Assembly: GCA_965218585.1 (NCBI GenBank)
Contig: CBDCLE010000001.1
Location: forward strand, 192,001-256,000
Direction: 5' to 3'
DNA length: 64,000 bases
Source: Terriglobia bacterium
GTDB taxonomy: Bacteria; Acidobacteriota; Terriglobia; 20CM-2-55-15
Part shown: piece by piece, positions 1-10,748 of the stretch
Numbering within the stretch: the stretch's first letter is position 1
Layout: the number at the start of each line of letters is the position of its first letter
The notes under the pieces: generated by a model
What the model saw: the letters and a program-made list of their open reading frames with translations, nothing else
Told to the model about the DNA's origin: nothing
Database searches by the model: none
Made by a program: the position numbers and the translations under genes

Positions 1-284
1 AACTGAAGAAACTGGATACCGAGAACGGCTACAGGCTGAGATCGCTGAAACCGGGTCTGGAAGCACAGGTTGAGGCGTTGAGGCGTGATATTCGGTCTGA
101 TCGAGAAGTGACCCTCAGCAGCCATCGTGAGGGCTTTTACGAGGTCGTGACTCCGACCGCCTGGTATCTGGTGCACTCCTCCGCTGCCCTCCGGACTATT
201 TATCTCGTCGCGCATGCCGAGATTCGTGGAATCAAGGGGCCAGTATCCGTTCTGGAACCCGCCGAAATGACTGTATCTGCTTGA
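1..284 (+). CDS. Hypothetical protein, 5'-partial
   Basis: The frame of the 78..284 ORF is open back to position 3 (LKKLDTENGYRLRSLKPGLEAQVEAL...), so the gene probably starts before the window. Confidence 0.5.
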   Translation, partial: LKKLDTENGYRLRSLKPGLEAQVEALRRDIRSDREVTLSSHREGFYEVVTPTAWYLVHSSAALRTIYLVAHAEIRGIKGPVSVLEPAEMTVSA

Positions 285-298
285 ATGTAAATTAGATA

Positions 299-320
299 GG
301 GGTGTCTCCGCCGACACCCC
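299..320 (+). terminator. GC hairpin followed by a pyrimidine tract; possible terminator
   Basis: GGGGTGTC-tccgcc-GACACCCC just after the stop at 284; no clean U-run. Confidence 0.3.
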
Positions 321-408
321 TCCCTCTATTCTCTCCCTCCTTCCTCCTGCTCTTTCCTGCTGAAACTACTGAAGTTCGGTCAAATTGGAGACGATTAGAT
401 AGATTGAG

Positions 409-1988
409 ATGTGGATTGTCCTGTGTTTGCTCGTGTTGTTTCTCGGAGGCGTCATAGTCCATGACGTCGTGCAGCGGAAGCACGCCATACTTCGGAACTA
501 TCCCATCATCGGGCACCTGCGGTATCTGTTCGAAGCCATAGGACCGGAGCTCAGGCAGTCATCGTTACAAGCAACAACGAGGAGCGCCCGTTCAGCAGGG
601 ACCAGCGAAGCTGGATCTATGCGTCGTCGAAGCGGGAGAACAATTATTCCGGCTTCGGTACCGACGACGAGCTCGAGCTCTCTCCCAACTACATCGTAAT
701 CAAGCATTCGGCATTTCCCCTGCCCAGTGTCCATCCGGGAGATCCCGGCTACAACGAGCGTCACCCGATTCCGTCAGCCAAGGTTCTTGGCCGGCATCGG
801 GGCCGCCAGAAAGCATTTCGCCCCGCATCGATAGTCAATGTTTCGGGCATGAGTTACGGATCCCTGAGTGGAGCGGCGATCGAAGCCCTGAACCGGGGTT
901 CCGCCAAAGCCGAGTGCCTGCACAATACGGGAGAGGGCGGTGTGTCTTCCTTCCATCTCTCCGGGGGAGAATTGATCTGGCAGATCGGAACCGGCTACTT
1001 TGGTTGTCGCGATGAGCAGGGTAGTTTTTCAATGGAACGGTTCCGGGACACGGTGGCTGCCCATCCGATCCGGGCCATCGAAATCAAGCTAAGCCAGGGT
1101 GCGAAGCCCGGCCTGGGCGGTGTCCTTCCCGCGAAGAAGGTGACTGAAGACATCGCGAAAGCCAGAGGAATTCCCGTCGGCCAGACCTGCGCCAGTCCAA
1201 ATACGCATAGCGCGTTCAGCGACGTGGACAGCATGTTGGATTTTGTAGAGGAGCTGGCCGACGTCAGTGGCCTGCCGGTGGGGATCAAGTCGGCAGTCGG
1301 AGACGTGGGTTTCTGGACGACGCTGGCAAGGGAGATGGCGACCGGTACCCGCGGAGTCGATTTCGTTACGGTTGATGGCGGTGAAGGCGGAACTGGTGCG
1401 GCTCCCCTGGTGTTTGCCGACCATGTCGCTCTCCCGTTTAAGAATGGTTTCAGCCGGGTCTATCGAGAGTTCGCCGACCAGGGTGTTCACGAAGACGTTG
1501 TCTTCATCGGTTCGGGAAAACTCGGTTTCCCTGAAGCCGCAGTTTTCGCCTTTGCACTGGGCTGCGACCTGATCGCAGTTGCGCGCGAAGCGATGATGTC
1601 GATGGGGTGTATTCAGGCACAACGATGCCACACTGGACACTGTCCTGCTGGAATTGCCACCCAGAACAAGTGGCTGGTTCGGGGCCTCGACCCGGCCTTG
1701 AAAGCCGACCGCTTCGCGAATTACATATGCACTCTGCGGAAAGAAATCTCAGCGCTGGCGGGCGCCTGCGGCGTGGGGCACCCTGCTTTTCTGACCGACA
1801 ACCATGTCGAAATTATGGATGGACGCTTCGGAACCTCCCCTCTCTTTGAGCTATTTGGATACCGTCAGGGCTGGGGCCTCCCGTCCAGGGAAGAGCGTGA
1901 GGAGATTTGCCGCCTGATACCCGGCGTCCATAGCGACATGCTTTCCGGATCCGCTGAGGAACCCCTCCCGCTCAGATTAGTCAGTTAA
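409..1988 (+). pseudogene. FMN-binding glutamate synthase family protein (YerD-like), copy 1, frameshifted (or a sequencing error)
   Basis: ORF 409..699 and the frame of 849..1988 join into a 526-aa paralog of the next gene if one A is restored at 559/560 (CAG T[A]C ATC = QYI). Motifs EIKLSQGAKPG, DGGEGGTG, CIQAQRCHTGHC. Confidence 0.85.
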
Positions 1989-2070
1989 CCGACCAAAGCC
2001 GATTGACGCCCCGATGTCGGGCGGCATACCATCAAATCAGGATCGGGCGCTCGGTCCCCATGAACTGCAG

Positions 2071-3648
2071 ATGTGGATTCTGACCATAATCGGGGTCGTT
2101 CTCGTACTGGTAACCCTCTACGACCTTATCCAGCACAAGCACGCCATTCTCCGGAACTATCCCATCATCGGTCACTTCCGTTATCTCTTTGAAGCCGTCG
2201 GCCCGGAACTCCGCCAGTACATTGTCACAAGCAACAACGAAGAGCGTCCGTTCAGCCGCGACCAGCGCTCCTGGATCTATGCGTCCTCAAAGAACGAGAA
2301 CAACTATCGCGGGTTCGGCACCGACGACGAACTCGAGCTGTCACCTAACTACATGATCATCAAGCACTCGGCGTTTCCTTTGGCGATGCCAGGTCCGGGA
2401 AGTAACGGCTACGACCCGGACTATCCCGTGGCGTGCGCCAAGGTTCTCGGTGCTGCACGGGACCGGAAAAAAGCATTCCGTCCGGCTTCGATTGTGAATG
2501 TTTCGGGAATGAGTTTCGGTTCGCTGAGTGGTCGTGCCGTCGAAGCCCTCAATCTGGGAAGCCGCGATGCGGAGTGTTTTCAGAACACGGGAGAGGGCGG
2601 TGTTGCGCCGTATCACATGAAGGGTGGCGATCTGGTGTGGCAGATTGGCACAGGTTATTTCGGCTGCCGCGATGAGCGCGGGCGATTCTCCATGGAAAAG
2701 TTTGTGGAAACGGTTAACTCGGCTCCAATCCGGGCGATCGAGATAAAGCTGAGCCAGGGCGCGAAGCCCGGAATCGGCGGCTTATTGCCCGGAGCCAAAG
2801 TCTCTCCCGAGATCGCGGCGATACGAGGCATACCCGTTGGACAGACATGCGCGAGTCCATCGAGTCATGCCGAATTCAACGATGTCGACAGCATGCTCGA
2901 CTTTGTAGAGCTTCTGGCAGATGAGTCGGGCTTGCCCGTTGGCATCAAGTCGGCCGTTGGAGATATTGGTTTCTGGACAGCGTTGACCCACCAAATGTCG
3001 ACGACGGGCCGGGGAGTCGATTTCGTCACGATCGACGGCGGTGAAGGTGGAACGGGTGCAGGACCGCTGGTGTTTACCGATCATGTCGCGTTGCCTTTCA
3101 AGCAGGGTTTTAGCCGCGTCTATCGCGAGTTTGCTAAAGCTGGAATCGCCGACAGTGTCGTTTTCATAGGATCCGGCCGGCTGGGTTTTCCCGAGGCCGC
3201 CATCCTGGCTTTTTCTCTGGGGTGCGACATGGTCGCAGTGGGGCGGGAGGCGATGATGTCGATCGGTTGCATACAGGCACAACGATGCCACACCGGTCAC
3301 TGCCCCACTGGAGTAGCGACTCAGAACAGGTGGCTCATGCGCGGGCTGGACCCGAAAGTGAAGTCCCAACGCCTGGCCAGGTATATCTGCACTTTGCGTA
3401 AGGAACTGACCGCTGTGTCCCGGGCTTGCGGCGTATGCCACCCTGCGTTGCTCAGCGATGCCCATATCGAGATTCTGGACGGTCGGTTCGGCGCGTCTTC
3501 TCTTTTCGAAGTGTTCCACTACAGGGATGACTGGGGTCTTCCGTCCAGGTCAGATATCAGAGAGATTCGCCACATCATGGAAGACTGTTTTGGTGTAGAG
3601 CCTCCAGAGCTTGAGGTGACTGAAATGGCGCCCGCAAGCACCCACTAG
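2071..3648 (+). CDS. FMN-binding glutamate synthase family protein (YerD-like), copy 2, intact
   Basis: N-terminal TM helix, NTGEGG, EIKLSQGAKPG, DGGEGGTG, CIQAQRCHTGHC Fe-S motif. Start placed at ATG 2071 by alignment with copy 1. Confidence 0.9.
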   Translation: MWILTIIGVVLVLVTLYDLIQHKHAILRNYPIIGHFRYLFEAVGPELRQYIVTSNNEERPFSRDQRSWIYASSKNENNYRGFGTDDELELSPNYMIIKHSAFPLAMPGPGSNGYDPDYPVACAKVLGAARDRKKAFRPASIVNVSGMSFGSLSGRAVEALNLGSRDAECFQNTGEGGVAPYHMKGGDLVWQIGTGYFGCRDERGRFSMEKFVETVNSAPIRAIEIKLSQGAKPGIGGLLPGAKVSPEIAAIRGIPVGQTCASPSSHAEFNDVDSMLDFVELLADESGLPVGIKSAVGDIGFWTALTHQMSTTGRGVDFVTIDGGEGGTGAGPLVFTDHVALPFKQGFSRVYREFAKAGIADSVVFIGSGRLGFPEAAILAFSLGCDMVAVGREAMMSIGCIQAQRCHTGHCPTGVATQNRWLMRGLDPKVKSQRLARYICTLRKELTAVSRACGVCHPALLSDAHIEILDGRFGASSLFEVFHYRDDWGLPSRSDIREIRHIMEDCFGVEPPELEVTEMAPASTH

Positions 3649-3836
3649 TTTTCCAGCCAACAGTTGATCCCGGGGAGCATGAGCTCGAAATGCAAGGCCT
3701 GTCAAGGACTTCCGGGTGCTATAATGTGCAGTTTGTTCGAGCTGATGTTCATCGACGGCTACAGTAATCGTGCTCGGGCTGCTCACCAGCCGCTCGGGGA
3801 ATTGTTGACCAGATACACGACGGAAGGTATTCCCCA

Positions 3837-4703
3837 ATGAGTGGAAAAGTACTCCTTGCTGAAGACGAACGGATCTCCTGGTTCGGCTCTATCCCATTTT
3901 TCCTTGTTCATCTCAGTCCGATCCTGTTGATCTGGACTGGCATCCGGTGGGTCGATGTGGCGCTTTGCGTGGCGTTGTATTTCGGCCGAATGTTTTTTAT
4001 TTCTGCCGGCTACCACAGGTATTTTGCCCATCGTGGATACAAGACGGGTCGCCTCATGCAGTTTCTATTCGCTTTCGGTGGAGCCACTGCGGCCCAAAAA
4101 GGTGTTCTCTGGTGGGCCGGCTATCATCGTCACCACCACTGGTATTCGGATCAACCCGAAGACATCCATTCCCCGAAGAAAGGCTTCTTCTGGAGTCATG
4201 TCGGCTGGATTCTTTGCCCGAAATACAGTCGGACACCCCTCGAGGTGATTGAAGACTTCGCTGAATATCCGGAAATCCGTTGGATCGATAAACATTATCT
4301 TGTACCTCCGATAATGCTCGGAGCCGCGTGTTACCTCATCGGCGGTCCGAGCGCTCTGGTGGGAGGTTTCCTTCTTTCGACCGTGATCCTGTTTCACGGG
4401 ACGTTTCTTGTGAATTCGGTGACGCATTTGTTCGGCAGACGACGTTACGAGACAGCGGATACAAGCCGGAATTCGTTTCTGGTCGCGCTTGTGACCGGTG
4501 GAGAGGGATGGCACAACAACCACCACCACTATGAGACTACAGCGAACAACGGCTTTTTCTGGTGGGAGATCGACTCCAGCTATTACGTTCTGAAGATCCT
4601 GAGTTGGATGGGCCTTGTGTGGGACCTGCGCCTGCCACCTAAATTCGTCCTGGAAGGCCGCCGGGCCACCTTTGCCGACTACGGTATGGAACCGCCAAGT
4701 TAG
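3837..4703 (+). CDS. Acyl-CoA/acyl-lipid delta-9-type fatty acid desaturase
   Basis: Three His boxes HRYFAH, HRHHH, HNNHH; GEGWHNNHH; TM segments. Confidence 0.92.
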   Translation: MSGKVLLAEDERISWFGSIPFFLVHLSPILLIWTGIRWVDVALCVALYFGRMFFISAGYHRYFAHRGYKTGRLMQFLFAFGGATAAQKGVLWWAGYHRHHHWYSDQPEDIHSPKKGFFWSHVGWILCPKYSRTPLEVIEDFAEYPEIRWIDKHYLVPPIMLGAACYLIGGPSALVGGFLLSTVILFHGTFLVNSVTHLFGRRRYETADTSRNSFLVALVTGGEGWHNNHHHYETTANNGFFWWEIDSSYYVLKILSWMGLVWDLRLPPKFVLEGRRATFADYGMEPPS

Positions 4704-4723
4704 CGCGTCTATAATCTTCAGTA

Positions 4724-4999
4724 ATGTCCAAGCCCTTGAAAGTAGCCATACCTCTTCTCCTCGGGGCAGGTTTCCTCGCGTATCTGGTTTACTCCTCTAT
4801 GGCGCTCGCTTCGGTGACCTGCGAAGTCTGTGTTGTTTTCAACGGCCGCATGGACTGCCGAGTCGCCTCGGGGACGACGGCGGACGAAGCGACTGATACA
4901 GGCCGGAACAACGCGTGTGCTTTGCTGACCAACGGGAGGGATGAGTTGATTTCGTGCACAACGTCGCCGCCCGACAGCGCCATGTGCGAGGCCGCTTAA
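4724..4999 (+). CDS. Small membrane-anchored Cys-rich hypothetical protein
   Basis: N-terminal hydrophobic helix followed by six Cys; operonic spacing after the desaturase. Confidence 0.7.
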   Translation: MSKPLKVAIPLLLGAGFLAYLVYSSMALASVTCEVCVVFNGRMDCRVASGTTADEATDTGRNNACALLTNGRDELISCTTSPPDSAMCEAA

Positions 5000-5129
5000 G
5001 CTCCGCTACCCTCGATCAGCGATCCTTTCCATCCCGTGATTCTTATTCAACCCTTTGGGCAGTTTGGCCGTCAAAGTATGCTAGTTGCAATAGAGATGAC
5101 CGAGTGTTGTTGGCACAGGAGGCGTTTCG

Positions 5130-5846
5130 ATGAGATTTCATGGTTTGGTTCTGGCTTTGTTGACGATGACGGTCCAGCCGCTCTGGTCGCAGTCTACTGC
5201 AGACTCTGATGCCGTCCTCACCGTAGGGGGTAGCGCCCAAGTCCGTGTCGTTCCCGATCTCGCTGTAGTGCGACTGGGTGTGGTCCGGCAGGCGCCCACA
5301 GCCGAAGAGGCCCAGAACGGAGTCAACGGAATTGCTGGCGGAATCGTCGACGCCCTGGGAGCTGCAGGTATCCAGGAAAACCAGGTCCAGACATCCAGGC
5401 TCAACCTGTCTCCCGTATATTCCCGGCAGCGTCCGGATGGAAACCAGCCGCCGTCGATCGTTGCTTACCGTGCGGCGAATACGGTCACCGTCCGCGTTGA
5501 GGATCTGGACAGAGTGGGCGAAGTAATCGACGCCGCGCTCGGGGCCGGAGCCAACCAGCTTGAAGGGGTCTCGTTCGAATTACAGGACGATCTGGTTTCC
5601 CGGCAGGCGGCCCTCGGGAATGCGGTGGCCCAAGCGCGGGCAAAGGCAGAGGCGATGGCGGATGCTCTGGGCGTCCGGCTGGTTTCTATTCTTTCGGTCA
5701 ACGAGGGCCCGGTAGCGATCGAGAGACCCATGATGGAGATGGCCCGGGCTGCGTCGCTCCAACAAGGCGCGCCCACTCCTGTTTCCCCCGGTGAGGTCTC
5801 GGTCGCTGCCTCGGTGACGATCCGGTACCAGATCTCTTCGGACTGA
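5130..5846 (+). CDS. SIMPL (DUF541/YggE-like) periplasmic protein
   Basis: Signal peptide; V.G...V.VVPD.A, GANQL.GVSF, A.AKAEAMA.ALG patterns; RBS GGAGG. Confidence 0.9.
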   Translation: MRFHGLVLALLTMTVQPLWSQSTADSDAVLTVGGSAQVRVVPDLAVVRLGVVRQAPTAEEAQNGVNGIAGGIVDALGAAGIQENQVQTSRLNLSPVYSRQRPDGNQPPSIVAYRAANTVTVRVEDLDRVGEVIDAALGAGANQLEGVSFELQDDLVSRQAALGNAVAQARAKAEAMADALGVRLVSILSVNEGPVAIERPMMEMARAASLQQGAPTPVSPGEVSVAASVTIRYQISSD

Positions 5847-6181
5847 ACAGTTACCGGTTTTTTTGGGAAGCCGACTCGGGCGAAGGATAAATAGTCCCTA
5901 TACGGGTGCTACACTTCACTAGCTGGTTCGGAGAGTCAGGGCATGGAACCGTTCCTTGCAGACCCTGCAGCGATAGGCTTTCCAGAACGGCAACAATCTT
6001 TCCAACCCACGCCGCCGGGATCGGTGGGCCCTCGCTCCGCACGAGGGGCAAGTCTGTTCTCGCTGGCTTCGTCCCGTCCTGAGCCACACCGGACCACGTT
6101 GAATCCGATCACACTTCAGACATCGAAACGGCCGCTGGAGCAAGGTGAGGGCTCCGCGATCGGACAATGTCCTGAGGCTAG

Positions 6182-7918
6182 CCCGCATATTTCACCAATA
6201 GGACCAGAAAAGGCCGCCCTGTCTGGCATAAAGCGTTTTGAAATAAACGTTTAACAAGCCAAACGGAGACGGCCCTTATGAGAACAGAGTGTAACCAAAC
6301 GACGTTCGAATTTCACGGACTTCTTCAACGAAAAGTGAAGGCGCGTTTTGACGGCGGAAAGATCACCTCCGACGCTGGGGTTCTGCTGTTGAGGGAAGTG
6401 GAAAAGCGAACGGGTCTGATCGCCGGACTGGCCGAGTGTTTCAGGGATTACCGGGACGCGAGGTTGATCGAACACACGGTGAGCGAGTTATTGGGGCAGC
6501 ACGTCTACGGACTCTGTCTGGGCTACGAGGATCTGAACGATCATAACCAACTGCGGACCGATCCGATGCTGGCCGTGGCGGTGGATAAGGCCGATCCACT
6601 GGGGGAGAAGCGGCGGCAGGCCCGAGACCGGGGAAAAGCGTTGGCGGGCAAGTGTACGCTGAACCGGTTGGAACTGACCGGGGAGCAAGTCGATGGGAAG
6701 GAGCGGTACAAGAAGATTGCCATGGACCCGGACAAGATCGACCGCTGGATGGTGGATGCATTTGTGGCGGCTCACGGATCGGCGCCCGAGGAGATTGTTC
6801 TGGACCTGGATGCGACCGACGATCCGATCCATGGCCATCAGGAAGGACGGTTCTTTCACGGCTACTACGGCAACTACTGTTATCTGCCGCTCTACATCTT
6901 TTCGGGAGAGCATCTGCTATGCGCCCGGTTGCGGTGCTCCAATGTCGACGGTGCGGACGGCGCCGTCGAGGAATTGAACCGCATCATCGGCCAGATCCGG
7001 CAGAGCTGGCCGGAGGTGTCGATTATCATCCGGGCCGACTCGGGCTTTTGCCGGGATGAATTGCTGAGTTGGTGCGAGGCCCACCAGGTCGATTACGTGG
7101 TGGGTCTGGCCAAGAACGATCGGCTCAAGCGCGAGATCGCTGAATCGATGAGTCAGGCCGAAGCCGAGTTTAACGACACCGGGAAACCGGCGCGGGTGTT
7201 TAACGATTTCCGGTATCGCACTCGGAAGAGCTGGACCTGCACCCGACGCGTCATCGGCAAGGCCGAGTTCCTGGAGAAAGGCGCCAATCCTCGATTCGTT
7301 GTGACCTCACTGTCGCCGGAACGCCTGGACGCCCGCGCCCTCTATGAAGACTTTTACTGTGCGCGGGGCGACATGGAAAATCGCATCAAGGAACAGCAGT
7401 TGGATCTATTCGCCGACCGGACCAGCGCGGCAACCATGCGCGCCAATCAACTCCGGCTCTATCTGTCCTCGGCCGCCTACATGCTCCTGCACGCGTTACG
7501 CCGTCTGGGACTGAAGAATACCGATCTGGCCCGCGCTCAGTGCCAGACGATCCGCTTGAAGCTCCTCAAGATCGGAGCTCAAGTCCGTCTGACGGTTCGC
7601 AACATCTGGATCTCCATGTCGGAAGCCTATCCCTACGCCGAGGTCTTTGCCCTCGTCCATCGAAACCTGCAGGCGCTTCCTCTGCGCTGCTGAGAACCGA
7701 CCCGATCCCCTGCGCCAAAATCGACTCGCTCTTTTCGGCTCCGCCGAGGTTTGTCTCAGTGCGTTTCGTCACCCTCTTCTGAACCCGAAAACGCAGCAAC
7801 TCCCGCTTGTCGACACCGCCGAGTCACGCCACACATGCCCAATTCGAACCCAGATCCTCCCGAATCCGATTCTTACTGCCCAAATCCCCCTGATCGCCGG
7901 ACTGGTGAAACATGCGGG
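6182..7918 (+). mobile_element. IS1380-family insertion sequence, 1737 bp
   Basis: IRL CCCGCATATTTCACCA (6182-6197) and IRR TGGTGAAACATGCGGG (7903-7918) match 15/16; CTAG direct repeats at 6178-6181 and 7919-7922. Confidence 0.93.
6278..7693 (+). CDS. IS1380-family DDE transposase
   Basis: FDGGKITSDAG, GYEDLNDH, LDLDATDD.IHGHQEG, RADSGF, RGDMENRIKE. Confidence 0.95.
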   Translation: MRTECNQTTFEFHGLLQRKVKARFDGGKITSDAGVLLLREVEKRTGLIAGLAECFRDYRDARLIEHTVSELLGQHVYGLCLGYEDLNDHNQLRTDPMLAVAVDKADPLGEKRRQARDRGKALAGKCTLNRLELTGEQVDGKERYKKIAMDPDKIDRWMVDAFVAAHGSAPEEIVLDLDATDDPIHGHQEGRFFHGYYGNYCYLPLYIFSGEHLLCARLRCSNVDGADGAVEELNRIIGQIRQSWPEVSIIIRADSGFCRDELLSWCEAHQVDYVVGLAKNDRLKREIAESMSQAEAEFNDTGKPARVFNDFRYRTRKSWTCTRRVIGKAEFLEKGANPRFVVTSLSPERLDARALYEDFYCARGDMENRIKEQQLDLFADRTSAATMRANQLRLYLSSAAYMLLHALRRLGLKNTDLARAQCQTIRLKLLKIGAQVRLTVRNIWISMSEAYPYAEVFALVHRNLQALPLRC

Positions 7919-8089
7919 CTAGTTGCTTCCCAGTGGGTGTTGTTGCAGCGAGAACAATACATGGGTCTTTAACATTTAGAGCACGTTGCAGCGCTCGATG
8001 ATACTCGAATTTAAGGTCCCGCTTTAACATGACGTAGAAAGAAACCCTATCCCTGCAGAATTTGTCGCCTGGCGTCGGTTGTTCGGCTC

Positions 8090-8308
8090 TTATTCCTGAC
8101 GATCCTGCCATTCTTCGTACCAGGCCATCTGGATAGCTTCGAGTTTCTTTTCGTTAGAGGCCTTGGGATCGTCGGCGAAATCTTCCACTTCAGTCGCCCA
8201 GCGGTGGAGGTCTGTGAAGCGGACACCGAGCGGATCTGTTTCAGGGAACCGGTCGCATAGGGCGATGGCGATGTCTTCTGTGTCGGTCCAAGCAAGTGGT
8301 CTCTTCAT
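8090..8308 (-). CDS. iscX: Fe-S assembly protein IscX
   Basis: WTD..DIAIAL....P..DP..VRFTDL..W..E...[16 protein letters not shown]; overlaps the hscA stop. Confidence 0.92.
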   Translation of the reverse strand: MKRPLAWTDTEDIAIALCDRFPETDPLGVRFTDLHRWATEVEDFADDPKASNEKKLEAIQMAWYEEWQDRQE

Positions 8309-10107
8309 TGGATTTCTGTGACCCGTTTGTTCTTGAGTGCTTTGCCTATGGCGGCCGTCATGATAAGTTCTGCCAGCCGCATCGTCTTTTCATTGAGCTG
8401 CTCGATAGCGTCTCTTATGACCTGGTGATCGTCCTTGTCCATGCTTGAGGCCAGGTGTTCCACTGCGGCGTCGATTTCACGTTTTTCGTCGTCGGGCAAC
8501 TGCACGTATTCTTCTTCCTTTCGACTCCGTTCACATGCGTCCAGGACAGTTCGTGCCTCGTTCCGGGCTTCAATAACCAGTCGTGCCTCGATGTCTTCTT
8601 CAGCATGCTCGAACGACTCCAGGATCATTGTCTCGACCTGCTCGTCGGTTAGGCCGTACGTGGGTTTCACTTCGATCGATTGATACTTTTCTGTTCGCAT
8701 CTCCAGGGCAGAGACGCTCAGGATGCCGTCTGCATCGATCAGGAACTTGACGTCGATCCGTGGCAGTCCTGCCGGCATTGGCGGGATGTTCTTCAGGTCG
8801 AATTCTGCGAGGCTCCGGCAGTCCTCGACCAGTTCCCGTTCTCCCTGCAGGACATGGATCTTGACGTTGGTCTGACCCTCGACGTATGTCGTAAAGGATT
8901 CGGTCGCGCTGGCCGGGATCGTGGAGTTGCGTGGAATGATCTTCGACATCACGCCCCCCATTGTCTCGATGCCCAGCGACAGGGGCGTCACGTCCAGAAG
9001 CAACGTGTCCCGCCGGCTCCCCGACAGGATGTCCGCCTGGACGGCTGCACCCAACGCCACAACTTCATCGGGGTTCAGTTCAGTGTGCGGTGTCCGTCCG
9101 AAAAGGTTTTCGACCCGGCTCCGGACCAGGGGAATTCGTGTCGAACCGCCGACCATGACAACTTCGTCCACGGCCACCGCATCCAGACCGGCATCCTTTA
9201 GGGCCTGTCGGCAGGGAACCAGAGTCCGCTCGACGATGGGGGCGATGCGGACCTCAAATTCCTCACGGGTCAGCTCACTGGTATAGTTGAGTTCGGTCAA
9301 CTCGATCAGGGCCTTCTCGGAGGCTGAGAGATCTTCCTTGGCTCTGCGCACAGAGGCGCGGACCATCTGCAGTCCCCGACCGTCAAGTTCTGTCTCCAGT
9401 TCTTCCTGCACCATACGGATCAACGCCTGGTCGATGTCGTTTCCTCCCAGGTGTGTGTCACCGCTGGTGGAGAGAACTTCGAAAATGCCTTCGCTCAGCT
9501 TCAGGATCGAAATATCGAAGGTCCCGCCCCCGAAATCGTAGACGGCGATGATCCCCTGTTTCTTTTCCTGGAGTCCATAGGCCAGGGAGGCCGCCGTGGG
9601 TTCGTTCACGATGCGGAGGACATCCAGGCCTGCGATCCGGCCGGCATCTTTGGTCGCCTGCCGCTCGGCATCGTTAAAGTAGGCCGGAACCGTAATAACC
9701 ACGTTCGTGATTTCCTCTCCGAGCTCCGCCTCGGCGCTCTGTTTCAACTCTCGAAGCACGAAAGCCGATAGTTCGGGCGGCGTGTAGGTCCGGTGCGGCG
9801 TCTCTATCTGGATGACGTTCTCGCTTGCGGCTGAAGCTTTGAAGGGAAGCAGAGACAGGTCGTCGATGACGTCTCGGAGCCCCTTCCCCATAAACCGCTT
9901 GATTGAATACACAGTGTGACGGGCATCGTCGAACATTCTTTCCTGGGCTGCGTGACCCACGTGAACAGCCCCGTCTTGACCGAAATGGATCACGGAAGGG
10001 ACGATGCGGTGACCGCCGGGCCCTTCGATGATCCTCGGGACTCCATCCTCGGCGACCGCGACGAGGCTGTTCGTCGTTCCGAGGTCTATTCCTACGATCC
10101 TTGCCAT
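8305..10107 (-). CDS. hscA: Fe-S protein assembly chaperone HscA (Hsp70)
   Basis: [32 protein letters not shown]; isc context; ATG coupled to the hscB stop (TAATG). Confidence 0.92.
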   Translation of the reverse strand: MARIVGIDLGTTNSLVAVAEDGVPRIIEGPGGHRIVPSVIHFGQDGAVHVGHAAQERMFDDARHTVYSIKRFMGKGLRDVIDDLSLLPFKASAASENVIQIETPHRTYTPPELSAFVLRELKQSAEAELGEEITNVVITVPAYFNDAERQATKDAGRIAGLDVLRIVNEPTAASLAYGLQEKKQGIIAVYDFGGGTFDISILKLSEGIFEVLSTSGDTHLGGNDIDQALIRMVQEELETELDGRGLQMVRASVRRAKEDLSASEKALIELTELNYTSELTREEFEVRIAPIVERTLVPCRQALKDAGLDAVAVDEVVMVGGSTRIPLVRSRVENLFGRTPHTELNPDEVVALGAAVQADILSGSRRDTLLLDVTPLSLGIETMGGVMSKIIPRNSTIPASATESFTTYVEGQTNVKIHVLQGERELVEDCRSLAEFDLKNIPPMPAGLPRIDVKFLIDADGILSVSALEMRTEKYQSIEVKPTYGLTDEQVETMILESFEHAEEDIEARLVIEARNEARTVLDACERSRKEEEYVQLPDDEKREIDAAVEHLASSMDKDDHQVIRDAIEQLNEKTMRLAELIMTAAIGKALKNKRVTEIQ

Positions 10108-10670
10108 TACTGCGATACCTCGCTTTCGATGTCCCGTTCCAGGTTCCGTATGTAGGCCGAATGGGAGATGATGTCGGCCAGTCTGGAAAGTTGCGCCCTG
10201 CGTTCGTCTCTCGATTCCGGTCCTGAAATCAGCTGGTCCCATTCTGAGAACGCCTTCTGGAGGCGGTCGTCGTAGGTCTGCCTCATCCGGGAAATCTGCT
10301 TCCCATAGTCTTCGAGTGCCGTGGCGATCGCTTTGGTGTCTTCTCCTGATGCCCGGGCTGTTTTCAGTTGTTCTATTTCTTCGTTGATCTCGAACACCTG
10401 TGCGATCAGGGTTTGAGGCACCTTACTTGGGTCGACTTCAAAACCTTCCGACTGCACGAGATACCCGGCTCTTCTGCTTGGGTCTCTCAACGTTCGGTAG
10501 GCGTCGTTCAACAGCGCGGTCATCCGCAGCGCGCGATCCTGCTGCTCGGGTGGTGACGTCGTGTGATAGTCGGGATGGTACTGTCGGCTCAATTCGTGAA
10601 ACTTCTTCTCTAGTTCGCCTGGATCGATGTGGAGCACAGGGTCGAGACCAAACACTTCGAAGTAATTCAT
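10107..10670 (-). CDS. hscB: Fe-S co-chaperone HscB
   Basis: [11 protein letters not shown] motif, [15 protein letters not shown]. Confidence 0.92.
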   Translation of the reverse strand: MNYFEVFGLDPVLHIDPGELEKKFHELSRQYHPDYHTTSPPEQQDRALRMTALLNDAYRTLRDPSRRAGYLVQSEGFEVDPSKVPQTLIAQVFEINEEIEQLKTARASGEDTKAIATALEDYGKQISRMRQTYDDRLQKAFSEWDQLISGPESRDERRAQLSRLADIISHSAYIRNLERDIESEVSQ

Positions 10671-10698
10671 AATTGGCGACAGGCCACTAGCGGACCTG

Positions 10699-10726
10699 AA
10701 AAAAGGGCCGTTGTCGAACGGCCCTT
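10699..10726 (-). terminator. Intrinsic terminator between iscA and hscB
   Basis: Minus strand reads AAGGGCCGTT-cgac-AACGGCCC-TTTTTT. Confidence 0.7.
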
Positions 10727-10748
10727 AGAGATCCAGAGTGGGGCGTTT

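Larger units (their letters stand above)
5919..7962 (-). pseudogene. Double zinc-ribbon (four CxxC) protein interrupted by IS1380
   Basis: Removing 6182-7918 and one CTAG gives a 100-aa ORF: MYCSRC...RPFRCLKC...CPSC...RSRRRGLER...YRCRVC. Confidence 0.8.

Noticed and set aside
5111-5126. Sigma-54-like TGGCAC upstream of the SIMPL gene (and another at 63677)
   Set aside because: No GC at the required N10 spacing in either case
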